From Cycas panzhihuaensis (Eukaryota > Plantae > Cycadophyta): a stretch of 64,000 bases of DNA. Position 1 is the stretch's first letter. Every line of letters begins with the position of its first letter. Positions 25,401-37,999 of the stretch are shown in pieces. The notes beneath the pieces were generated by a model. That model searched no databases, was not told where the DNA came from, and was given only the letters and a program-made list of their open reading frames with translations. The position numbers were made by a program, and so were the translations under genes. The stretch is taken from the NCBI GenBank assembly GCA_023213395.1, contig CM041465.1, forward strand, positions 123,077,741 to 123,141,740, written 5' to 3'.

Positions 25401-28140
25401 GCCAAGGGTACGATGGGAGTGAGAAGGGACCCATAGGGATAGTGATCCTATATTTCACCCTTGAAGATAAGACCATCTATATCAATATGATTATCCTAGA
25501 CAATAATGTTGATTACAACCTCCTTTTGGATTGACCTTAGTTAGACCAAATAGGGGCAGTATATTCTTTGCTATGGGGTTAATTCAAATTTATCCATGAA
25601 GGCTAAATTAGAGTTATAGCTTAAGAATCTCCTCCCTCTCGATCATCTCATCAAGCTTGTTAAGCCATTTTCAACACTGTGATAGAGATGAGGAATCATT
25701 TGACCCATCCATAACTACCTTCTTTGAGGAAGAAGTTCCTTATGAAGAGGAAGATCTCCCTCTCCCCTAACCAAATTTAGTGTGCTTTGCCCCTATAGGT
25801 GTGGGGAGTTATGGCTACCTTATTGTCCTTAGTGATCCTAAGTTTGACAATGAGGAATATGAACTAGCTCCATGTTAGGTGGCATTCCTTATCATCATTA
25901 GAGGAGAGGCATCCCATGTGGATACCTCTCCTCCTTTCAGCCCAAACCCATATATATTAGGCCCTTCCCAATCACATCATGATTTAAATGAGAGCACCTG
26001 AGTATGCTCTCCCCAACCGCCCCCATGAAGGGAGTCTCCTTATTTATGAGCTTAGATGGCTTATCATTCATTCTAGATGCCATATAATAGGCACCTAGAT
26101 TTATCTAATGCTGAGCCACTAGTGAAAACACCTAAGGAGTATACCTCTCCTCTCCCTATTCAAGCCACTTTCTAGGGGAGGGTTCCTTGGCATGTTACTA
26201 ATGAATCATATACCTTTACATCTAGCTCTTCATTGGTCACACCCTTCCTACCTCAAACCATTAATATGGTTTGATGCATAAGAGACTAATCAACTCTTAT
26301 CTACCCAACCCAAGGGCTAAACCATGTCCCCTTTGCTTATGGTTTCAATGAGGACTCTGAGTCCATATTCTCTCATGATGAATTAATTATATTTGTCCTT
26401 GAGCCACTAAGGACCTCCTCTTTACTAATGAGGAATAGGCCTATTATGCTGGTCCACTCAAATTCTTCTGAAGAGTCACCTCATTATATGGAGTGAGCAA
26501 TAGACCATTACAAGTTTTTGCTCAAATTGCAGTCACCTCCACATCCTGCAAGTAAGACTATTTATGGGGTAGACTACTTTAAAAAATGATGAGGTCCTTC
26601 TAGAGCACCTAGTAGGGTCATCACCCAATCTACCTTTGAGTCGTCATAAATTAGGTTTCTGAAAGTGCTTGGCCATTGATTCCCCTTTAGCTAACCTAAT
26701 CATAATTAATGTTCCATCTAATCCACCAATAGACTAAGGCCCCCATTATTTTGAGGAGGGAAATGTCTTATACATTAAAGAAACCATGGTCATCAAGATC
26801 GAAGCTAAATGTTCCTTCCAAGAGGTTAGGGAGTATACAAAACTCTTCTAAGAGTTTTGAGACATTTTTATGTGGGATTACACTAACATGAAGGTGATTA
26901 ACCCTAACATTGTCACCTATAATTTGGTAACAATCCTAGGTGCCTATCCTGTTAGACAAAGACAAAGGCCTTTGCACCCTAAATTTTTAGCTACTGTAAA
27001 AATGGAGGTCAAAAAGTCGTATAATACTTACATCATCACCTCTATATAATACCCAAAATAGGTTTCTAACATTGTGTCAATGGCTAAAAAGAATAGGACC
27101 ATACATATTTACGTATAGCCTTTAGGGGCATTGACAACACATATCCCTAAGATGACTTTCCTCTCCCATTCATTGACTAAATCATTGATAGAACCACTAG
27201 ATTTAAAGTTATGTCTTTAATGGATGGCTTATAGGAATGCAACTAAATCCAAATATCACAAGAGAAGTATCATAAGACAACCTTCACTACTCCTTAAGGG
27301 ACATTCACTTACAAAGCAATGTCTTTTAGTTTAAAGAATGCTAGTAACATATATCAGCAGGCCATGTATTTTATTTTTCATGACCTTATTAATAAGATTC
27401 TTGAAGTCTTCATGGATGATCTGATAGGGTTCTCATATAAGAGGGTCGATCACCTCATTAACATGAGGAAGATATTCCTTAGGTGTCAAAAGTATCATGT
27501 TAGCATCAATCTTCTCGAATGTGTGTTCACCATTATGGCCAAAAGATTATTAGGTTTCTTAGTATCATAATAAGGGATCCAAGTTAATCTTAATATCGTC
27601 AAAGCCATCATAGAGATGCCCCCACTAAAATCCTAATGACAAATCAAGTTATTTTTGGGTTGCTTGGGCTTCTTAAGGTGCTTTTTGGTAGATTTTGCCA
27701 TAAAAATAAAGTCATTGACTAACCTTCTAAAAACGAAGACCCCATTTGTTTGGTCCCCTTGAGCTCACGATGCTTTCTAAGAGCTCAACTAGGATCCCAT
27801 TTTGGCCCCTATGTTGGCCCTATCAGTATTCAATCGACCTTTCATCCTATATACATTAGCAACTAAAGAGTTTGTTGGCACCATACTCAACCAAAACAAC
27901 AACTCCAAGATCGAAAAGGTTGTTTATCATAAGTTAAACCCTCATAGTAGCTGAAGTAAAATTTCCATTAGCTGAGAAGGAATACTTGGCTTTAGTATTT
28001 GCTGTCAAGAAACTTTGGCATTACTTTCTTGGCAATACCACTGAAGGGAAATACTATATTTGAAATATGTCCATTGTCTGAAATATTCTACCATTGGATG
28101 GCTTATTGGTTGTCTCGATTTCTAGATGTTTCCTAGAACT
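22450..28140 (+). mobile_element. Decayed non-chromovirus Ty3/gypsy (Tat/Ogre-like) gag-PR-RT-RNaseH, truncated before integrase
   Basis: Pro-rich gag N-terminus; PKFYD..DPIDHV..KLFPWSL*G (23700-23900); KRTVVDNSSSVN (25300); DIFMWDY..PVRQRQR..DDFPLP..FMDDL (26860-27570); PFILY..ALVFAVKKLWHYFLG (27840-28035). LTRs were not delimited; 20110-22450 may be its LTR/leader. Confidence 0.85.
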
Positions 28141-28817
28141 TGTGATGTAGGCAATGTTATGCTGGTACCCTTAAAAACTCCCTTTATCCTTTATTACTTA
28201 TATAGAGTAGAAATTAGCTTAAAATTCAACCTCTACATTTTAATCTTATACCATTGCTTGTGTAAAGTTAAAGATAAATAAAATCGTTAGTCTAAAATAG
28301 ATGTTTTCCCTTAAGGCCATTGAGATATATTTCTAGCAAGAATTTTGTTAATTCGTTCATGCAACATGTTCTTTAAGTTTTAAAATTCTTCTATGTATTA
28401 TTATACTATCCCCATATATTATAGTCTATGTAGTCTTGAATATGAATCTTGATTCCATATATCCTTATGTTTTTACATGCATGTATATGAAAAAAGTCTA
28501 ATTAAAATTGGTTAAATTTTTATAGCCTTTATGCCACCATTTAAATAAATGAAGTGCTAAATTATATGGAGGCAAAGATAATTGTATCCCTTTGGAGCTG
28601 GGATGAATGTCAAAGTAGGTTTCTATTTTAGCTAACCATGCTTGCATGTCTTGATTTTTATCCAAATTAAAAAATTCCTTATCAATTTTTATGTTTCTAT
28701 TTATTGGGCCTTTTTTATTCCCAGTGTCCTAAATTGATTCTTCCTTTATTAAGTCTTTTTGTCAATGATCCCCTATTGTCTCTCTTTTCTTTCCATAGGG
28801 GCCTACCTCTTTTTTAA

Positions 28818-29890
28818 TAAATGGACATGATTCCTTAAACTTCCTTAACCAAGTTATATCTCTAGAAAATATGTAAAATATATTTTTCTTTCCTAGCTCT
28901 TTTTATTCTATGAAAGATGAATGCTCAATTCATGCTTTACCAAGTGTAGGGATATACCATTTTGATCTTCTAGTTTAATAAGGTTTTTTATGTAAAGATT
29001 GTAGTCTATCTAGACCTAGGTTATTTATCTCTTTTCGTTTTAATACCTTATCCTTATAAAATCACTCTTTATTTATTGCTTAGGGGAAACTCATATAAGG
29101 GTATGTACTAGATTTAGAGACCTTCCTAATTTCTTTGTGGTATAGTGATCAATTTTCCACTATATATTTTATAAAGGATGAATCTAATAGGTTAAAAAGG
29201 ACATTTCTAGCTCTCTAGTAAATGGTGGAAGTCCATAAACAAGCATTAAATAGAAAAGTTATATAAAATTAAAGTTGTAGGATTCAAAAATCAATGTTGT
29301 AAACCCTAGGAAAACTCAATAAGTTCGTAAGTTTAAAAAGGAGAAAGGCTAAATTAAATTAAATTTTTAGACTTAAAAATCATCCTAAATAGAAGAGCAT
29401 GCTCTAAGCTTTCTAATAAGTGATAAAACTTTGGAAATAGATGTTAGAGAGAGAAGTTATCATTATTTGAAGAGGACCTTTGAGCCAAGTTTTTCCAAAG
29501 GAAACATTTCACATTGTTGGAGTGTGGCCATTAAGTATAGACTCTCATAGGTTGAAATACAAAGTTGCAAAATAAAGGTCATAAGAAGAGAGCTCTTTAT
29601 ATTTTTGTAAACAAGTTACTAAGTGAGGACTTATAGATTCCAAGTTATGAAGTCATGAAAACAAAGGCTATGAGTAAAGAATTACTCATAATTTCAATAG
29701 ATCATTGAGCAATGATGTAGAATGACTAAGTTAAGAAGTTGCAAAGTAAATCATAAGCAAAAAGTCTTCTCATAATCTTACAAGTGGACCACTAAGTATA
29801 AACTTAGAATGATTAAGTTGTGAAGTTGTAACTAAAGTCATGAGTATAGAATTGTTGCGCTTTTTTGAATGGACCACCAAGTATAAACTT
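28818..29890 (+). repeat. Tekay-like 5' LTR, part 1
   Basis: Aligns with 55897-57050 (about 80% identity in a sampled 170 bp). Confidence 0.9.
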
Positions 29891-32800
29891 TGAAAAGAGT
29901 GGATCTATCATTCATCTCCATGCACTAAACACAAAGGAAAACATGAGAGCAAGAGAGACTTGAGAGAAAGAAAGTAGCTCTCACAAAATGGTGAGGTAAG
30001 AATAAATCTCCTCCATTAAGCTTCTACTTTTATATTGAGAGAGGAAGCATTAGAGTTAGGTGAAATGAAATTACACATAATGCACATCAAAGTGCATTTC
30101 ACTTAAGTGATCTAATTTAAAGTTCACTTAAGACCCTTTTCCGAAATAATCAGCTAATGTAATGACCTTGTGTCATTAACCCGTTTCAATCTCCCCCTTA
30201 ATAGTAGGTCATTTCATCATGTTTTATTCTATCCTATGAGGTATTCATTTGAGCCTCTTACAAAGCAAACTACTATGACACTTTTGTGGGAAACCCTCAT
30301 GGGGAAGAAAACCCACAAAGTTTCTAATCTACTAACCTGGCTCAAGCGGCTCTTTAAATGAAGCTAGATAGCCAATCAGTATAATGAATTTTAAAGCTGA
30401 AATCCACTAAGTCTCCATATACCATTTGGTCATCCCCCATGCTCTTTCAGGTTTTCATAGGTTCTGATTTTCCAAAATAATACAACCCTTATCCTTTCGC
30501 GCCCACAAGGGGTTTTCACAAATGGGATAGAGCAGAGACTTACCCTTATCCTTCCACGCCCACAAGGGGTTTTTATGAATGAGACAGAGTATGATGGTCC
30601 TATTATCATCTCCTTCAATCAGTCAAAGATGGAGGCCCTAAGGTTGAGTTACTTTCAGAACTATTCAAACTTCACCCTCTTCAGTGGTTTGGTGAAGATA
30701 TCGGCCACTTGATCTATTGTGAGGCAGCACTCTAATTGAATTATGCCATCATGAACTAGTTCACTAACCCTATAGACTTTCGTACTTATATGTTTAGTAT
30801 GATCATGAAATATAGGATTTTTAGCCATCTAGATTGTAAATTGATTATCTATATGTAAGCTAGTAGAACTTGTTTGGGTGGCATTTAATGTATTCAACAA
30901 TTTTCTAAGCCATATCACCTCCTTGCTTGTATGAGAAGCAGCAGTTTACTCAGCTTCGGCAGTTGAGTCTGCAACTATCTTCTATCGTCTGGATCTCCAT
31001 GATATTGGTGTTGTTCTAAGAAATGTTACGTACTGAGACGTAAATCTTCCTGTGTCTTTATCTCTGGTAAAGTCCGAGTCTGTGTATGCATAAAGTTTAA
31101 ATTCTGCATTGGGTTCATATAACAGACCATATTTGCAAGTCATGTTTAGGTACCTCAACACTTGTATTGCAGCTTGCTAATGATTCTGCTTAGGATTTGT
31201 CATGAATCTTGTGAGAATGCTGACAGAGTGTGTAATATCTGGCCTTGTGTTGGTAGTATAGATGAGACTACCTACAAGTTGCCTATAGAGTGTTGCATTT
31301 ACCTCCCTAATGTCACCATCAATTGAGAGTTTAATATTAGGCTTCATAGGTGTATCCATTGGTCAAGCACCTTCCAACTAAAACTTTGTTAAAAGATTGT
31401 TGATATATTTTTCTTGGGAGAGAAAGATTTTGCCATTCTTTTTAGTTACTTCAATTCCCAAGTAATATTTCATCAACCTGAGGTCAGATAATTCAAAAGT
31501 CTTAGCAAGGTCCTTCTTCAACTGGCTGATTACCTGTTCACTATTTCCCATTATTAGCATGTCATCCACAAAGAATAAGAGATAAGTGACTTTATCATTT
31601 TGGCGCTTGATAAATAATGTTGCATCAATATCTTGATAGTCCTGAGCACGATATCCAAGTTGCCTCATTCTTTCAGACAACTTGGTAAACCAAGCACGAG
31701 GGGCTTGCTTTAGGCCATACAAGGACTTTTTGAGCCTGCAAACTTTATGCTCATGACCGACAATCTCGTATCCTTCTGGCTAAGCCATGTAAATTTCTTC
31801 TTTAAGGTCCCCATTAAGAAATGCAGTCTTAACATCGAGTTGGTGGATTTTCCAACCCTATTGAGTAGTCAAGGCAATAAGAGTTCTGATTGTAGGCCAC
31901 TTACTTGTAGGAGCAAAGATTTCAATGTAGTTAATGCCTTCCTTTTACGTGAATCCTTTTGCTACCAACCTCGCCTTGTGTTTTTCTAGGGTTCCATCTG
32001 ATCTATACTTATTTTTGAACACCCATTTATTTTGAACTATCTTTCTTCTAAATGGTAGATCAACAAGCTCCCATATATCGTTCTTAATAAGAAATTGATA
32101 CTCTTCGTTCATGGCATTTCTCCAAGCTGCATGCTTTATGGCTTCTTGGTACATTAGGGACTCTTCATTAAGAGCAAGATGAAGTTCTGCTGGTTCAAGC
32201 TCAACGAAAAGTGATTTATGCATACTTGCTCTATGGGCACTTCTAGTACCAGTTTTGTCTACCTCATCTGGTCACATGTCCTTGTATAACTGGTAGGCTT
32301 CACGAAAACCTCGAGTTGGGAATGGGGTTTTTATTTCTACAAGCTCTTAATCTTCGTTTTGATCCTAAAAAGGATCATGTGAAATATTTGATACAAAGGT
32401 AGTTGACGATGCTGGAGAATATGGGCTAACCATAGATATTGGAGAAGATGATCCTTCTGCTATGGCTTTGCCTTTGTCAACTTGGCTATTCAGAAATGAT
32501 GGTGCTAAATGTGTACACATTGGATGAGAGTCACAACTTGTATCCTCTGAGGCTCTATTGTCAGATTCCAAGATTTTGAGCAATTGTTCAACATCTCCCC
32601 CCCTAAATTTTAGAATCTGGACATCAAATTAAGTGGCATCATTAAATCGGTATGAAGGTGCCTTGGAGTGATAACATCTCTAGTGATGATGATTTTATGC
32701 TGTGAAGGTATAAAAACCTTGTATCCCTTTTTGTCCATAGGGTATTCGACAAAGATACCTTTGATGGCTTTATCTAGGAGCTTCTTTCTATGTTCCTCCA

Positions 32801-35800
32801 TAATATGAGCATAACAAGTAGAGCCAAAAATTCTGAAGTGGGAGATAGAGGGAGTTTGTCCATACCACATTTCATGTAGAGAGGGGCTCATCTTGGAGGG
32901 ATTAACAGTGTTGATGCAATACACAATAGTCCAGATAGCCTCAGCCCAAAGATAGATATGGACATTCTTATATACCAGCATAGTACAAGCCATATTCGTG
33001 ATGGTCATGTTCATGCGCTCGGCAACTCCATTTTACTGGGGTGTACTTATAATAGTGGCATGATGTTTGATTCCATGTTAACGTAGGTAAGATTCAAACT
33101 CATTAGATATGTACTCACCACCATTGTTAGTCATGAGCATTTTGATCTTGAATCTAGATTCATTTTCCATGCAGGCCTTGAAAGCTTGAAACATACAAAA
33201 AGCTTCATCTTTCTTTGCAAGAAAAGTAACCCATACTTTCTTGGTAAAATCATCAATGAAAGTAATATAGTACCACTTCTGTTTGAGAGAAGGGATGGGC
33301 ATAGGACCACATATATATGAGTGTACAAGCTGTAAAGGTTGGCTAGATTTCTACTGACTACGAGGAAAGGGTTGTCTTTGAGATTTGGCAATAATACATG
33401 CTTTGCATTTAAAGGGATTAGATGAGAGCTTAGGTAAACTAGGAAGAGTGGCTTGTAGTTCTCTTAAACGATCAATTTTGATATGGCCCATACAAGCATG
33501 CCATAGGGCTGCTTGGGATAATGTTTGAGGACTCAGGGTTGTGGTAAAAGCATATTCATCATCAACATAGTTGGCTTTAGAGGATGGTGAGCCAGTTAGG
33601 CAAAAACGTTTGCCATCAAGATTCTGATCATAACCACAGCATTTGAAGGAGGGTGAATGACACAGAGAGTTTGATTATTTGTAGTTACACTCAGATCAAA
33701 TCCACAAGAGACAAGGGTGGACAGGAAAAGTAGATTCTGCTTTAGAGTAGGAATATATAAAACATTAACAAGTGTAAAATCTGGAAGGCCTGGGAGTTTC
33801 AGGAAAACAGTTCCAAGTCCTTCGACTGGCTGAGATGATTTATCAGCCATGTGTATAACACCACAAACTTCAGAGTCAAAATCTTGAAAGAACTAGTGAT
33901 GACAAGTCATGTGTTATGTTGCTCCAGTATCCATGATCCACGATGAAGTATTTGAGGTGGCACTATTTACAACTCCAAGTGGTGAAGGCAAAAGTGAATA
34001 AGCATAGCCACAATGAACCTCAATATACTAGTGGATCTATCAACAGCATTTGATGAAGTGGTCCCAATTCTTTGAAGGTGTGCATGAGCAAATTGTGTTC
34101 TACCAAAAGCATCTTCAAAAGAAGTATTATCAACATTATATGCACCATGGCGCTATTGATAACTTGGTAGTTTGTTGGTGGCAGTTCTGTAATTTTTGGC
34201 ATAATGTCCTTTTCTATTACACCTTTGGCACACAATTGTTTGATTTCCAGTCCAAGTATTGGGTTGGTTGGATTGTCTCTGATTACTAGTTCTAGGTCCA
34301 GGTTGATTATTTTGGCCTTAGCCTTGAGACTATTTTTATTGGAGTTGAGGAGCCTATTGACTAAGAGGACATTGTCCTTATTGTCTACCTCTTCCTCTTC
34401 CACAAGAATTAACATCTCTATTAGAGTATTGACCTTAATTTTTGGTATAACAAAGATCTTCTTCCACTTCAAAAGCAGCATCAACTGGATCTGATGTAAT
34501 GGCAAAGTTGGTATCAAAGGTCTTATCAAATTCAATAAACTTATCAACAAGATCTTCAAAGTTTAGGGTCTTCAAACTGCTACTAGATTGAAGACTTCAC
34601 AATAGATTTTTATAATCTGGGATATGGAGATATGACTAAATCAAGAAAGCCCATGTAATGCATTGAGTTTTAAAATCTTTATCAATGGCTTTCTTGATTA
34701 GACGAAGGAGATTGATTGTCTCACTTGCATGTCTTTTCTACATTTTTAATTTGTTCATCTTCAGCACTAAGTGAATAAATTATAAGTCTGATTTAGTATC
34801 AAAGTTCTTCTTAAGAACTTCAAGAACTTTCCATGTTATATCATGTATAGCTTCATCAAAGAGATTATGCAAGGAATAATCAGTGATAAGTAGTATCCCT
34901 ACACAGATTTTATCATCATCAAGTTCCCATTAGCATTTAATTACAGCTTCAGTGGGAGCAATTGGAGCACCTCCTCATGAAGTAGCTATAGCTACAAAAG
35001 ATGGTGTAGGTTGTAAGTGATCTCTCCATAGACCTTCATACTTTGTAGCATTTCTGACATCAATGAACCACATGTCCCAATTTTCTTTCCTTTTTAGAAT
35101 GTAGTTCACATTTTGCTTGAATTGTTAAAACATGATGTCTTTTTAGAAGGGAAGAAATGAACAAGGGACTATAAAAGTGATGGCAATAAATGACTAATCA
35201 CTATTTATAAATGGGAAATGTAATGAAGTAGTGTAGTAGAAGGAAGAAGAAGTGAGAATGGTTGCTCAAAGATGAAGGGAGCAACTTAGAGAAAAGTTAC
35301 CAACACTTGTGACAAATATTAACTTGACGCAATAGGAATATGAGAAGCACTATGATAAAAATTGGCCAATAACACTTGTAGCAAATATTAACCTAGTACA
35401 GCAAGAATATGAGAAGCACTATGATTATGATTACACTATGGATCACATTTTACAAATAAGTAAGTGATCAATATACAAGATTGTAGGCCAATGTACAAGC
35501 TGACATCATTGGGTTTACACAACTTGAAACTCAAATGTAGGATGCGTGATCAACCCAATAACCTCTAACTTGTGTGCAACATGTAGTTGAGGTTGTTGAA
35601 GGGATGCCTAGGCTTCTAGTATAATTAAGTTGGACTTCCCCCGCGATACCGACAATTATGCTTGGTGATGAAATCCAAGTCACAACGGAGCCCAAGTACT
35701 CCCAATCCTCACCCACTTCACCAATGAGCATCTATATACCTCCTCTAAATAGTGGTACATGCATACCCATGGCTATGACGGATATTAGATCAGGTATATT

Positions 35801-37454
35801 TTAATCTTGTATTAAAGTTTCAGTTTTCCTGGTTGGTTATCAGGATGATCCCTGATTAAGGCACGATGGTATGGCTAACCAAACCTCACCAATATTCTGG
35901 TTTAGTCTAATCCCAACTTGAAATCTACACCTCCTTTATGGCATGGCATTCTGCCAACCAAGGTATCTCAATCTTGGCGAGTGTGTGAATAGGTACAAGA
36001 TGATAGAAAATAGCATACATCATGCATTCCTTTTAAGAAGAGTAAAAGGATTATCGGATTGCATCAAACGTATATTTAACTGAAAATAGAATGCTTGCCT
36101 GGAGTGCTTGCTTGAAGTGTCTTTAGAGTGCTTACTTTGAGTGATTTTAGAGTGCTGAAATGCAATGCTAATAAGTGAGTGAGGACACGGATATTACTAC
36201 GATCCGGTGTTTTTTCTCTCTCACTTTTACAATGGGCTTTTAAGCCTTATAAAAAGGAGGACGAAAATTTTTTCACTTTTTTTTGTTAATACAAAAGAAA
36301 GTAGTCTTCACTAAATCAACAATAACTTTCTCCCACGATGTCAAAATGGAATCAAGTTAGTTTTTCTGAAAACTAGACTCAGAGCTTTATATTCAGGAAG
36401 TGGAATCAAGTCCAAATAAGTTCTGGAAAGTTTTTGGCAGCCCTGCAAATTTAGGAAATTATATTTTTCTAGAATTCTTACTAAAACTAAATGTTGTTCA
36501 CTAAAGCGGTAATAACTTCCTCATACGACATCGAAATTAGGTGTTGATTTCTGTGCTAGAAAGTAGACGCAGAGCCTAATCTTTGACAATTGGAATCATA
36601 TAAATTTGATCTCTGCAGAAGATTTTGTAGACATGTGAAGTTCAGCAATCAAATTATATTTCTATAGAAATTTCAGCTTGCTAATATCTCATTAACACAT
36701 AATACCATATGAAATTTCCATCATTTTTTTATCATTAGGATCCTAATATGGGCAAGGTGAGAGCATACAATGATGGATATTTTAAATAGTTCAAAATTCT
36801 TTTAAAAATTTGGTAAAACCTCCCCTTACAATCATTCTTCTAAATGCTGAAATTTTTTTTACAGCATTTACCCTTGTTAAATAGACAAAAAAGGGAAAAG
36901 AAAAAGAAGAATGAAATAGCATGAATGGCCACCAAAGGATTGGAATCCTTTGCCCTTACAACTCCTTGTATTATGCTTCCAAACCTGCAAAAGAGAAAGG
37001 AAAAGTAAATAATATAAAATATGCTATCATAATAACTTGAAAATATTTCTGAATTTACTTTCACAATCTTCTTCACCACATGGATTGTGGGGGAGAAGGA
37101 AGTGATGGCTCCAAGTGTAAGTAAGGAATATGAAGGAAGCAAGCTCTGATACCACATGAAAAGAGTGGATCTATCCTTCATCTCCATGCACTAAACACAA
37201 AGGCAAATATGGGAGCAAGAGAGACTTGAGATAAAGAAAGTAACTCTCACAAAATGGGGAGGTAAGAATGAATCTCCTCCATTGAGCTTTTACTTTTATA
37301 TTGAGAGAGGGAGCATTAGAGTTAGGTGAAATGAAATTACACATAATGCACATGAAAGTGCATTTCACTTAAGTGATCTAATTTAAAGTTCACTTAAGAT
37401 CCTTTTTCAAAATAATCAACTAATGTAATGACCTTGTGTCATTAACCCTTTTCA
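29891..37454 (-). mobile_element. Complete Ty1/copia element 1, TSD AACTT
   Basis: 298-bp LTRs at 29891-30188 and 37157-37454 (about 17 mismatches); TSD aactt at 29886-29890 and 37455-37459; PBS reverse complement gctctgatacca at 37143-37154; PPT reverse complement atctccccctt at 30189-30199. Confidence 0.97.
30619..35133 (-). pseudogene. Copia 1 gag-pol (zinc knuckle, PR, GAG-pre-integrase, INT, RT, RNase H)
   Basis: CQRCNRKGHYAKN (~34200); WIMDTGAT (33920-33942); YYITFIDDFTKK..NNGGEY (33078-33302); KARLVAKGF; YGLKQAPRAW..FVDDML; YRQLVGSLIY..TRPDI. Confidence 0.95.
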
Positions 37455-37999
37455 AACTTATCATAACTAAGTTCTAAATTTGTAAAATAAAAGGACAATA
37501 AGTAAAGGTGGATATTTTACATTTTTATAAATAAACTATTAAGTGGGAATTACATATGTATAACTACAAATATGTAAAAGGTGAAGGCTAAAAATTAGTT
37601 TTAGTATCAACTTAGGTTCAAGTCCCACACATATACAAATAACACATAATAATAAAAGATGGAGAGTGAATTACTCAAAACTCTAATGTAGCGATAGCTT
37701 AATCTCCAAAAAGATCATATATTATATTATATGTAATATCTCATATATATATAAAAGCTAAAAGTTGCATGAGGCACGAAAGAATAGTAAATGGTTAATC
37801 ATGCAAGGTGACAGAACCTTGCATGATTAAAGTAAATCTATACAATTACAATATTATGAGCGAAATACATCCCACACATATAGGCTCATAACTTATATTA
37901 TCCCTTAACCCTTTCATGAATATAATACCCTAATATAAAATAACAAAATAACTTTACAATCTATCACCCTCCTTTAATAATGAACTCATTAATTATGAC

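Noticed and set aside
28141-28817. Probable LTR fragment between the Tat-like RNase H and the Tekay LTR
   Set aside because: No partner LTR, PBS or TSD was found, so boundaries are unsupported.
29520-29890. CRISPR-like periodic repeats
   Set aside because: Whole units are homologous with no unique spacers, the context is a eukaryotic LTR, and no cas genes are present.
30430-30618. env-like ORF after copia pol
   Set aside because: Only 62 aa, produced by the duplicated UTR motif, with no transmembrane segment.
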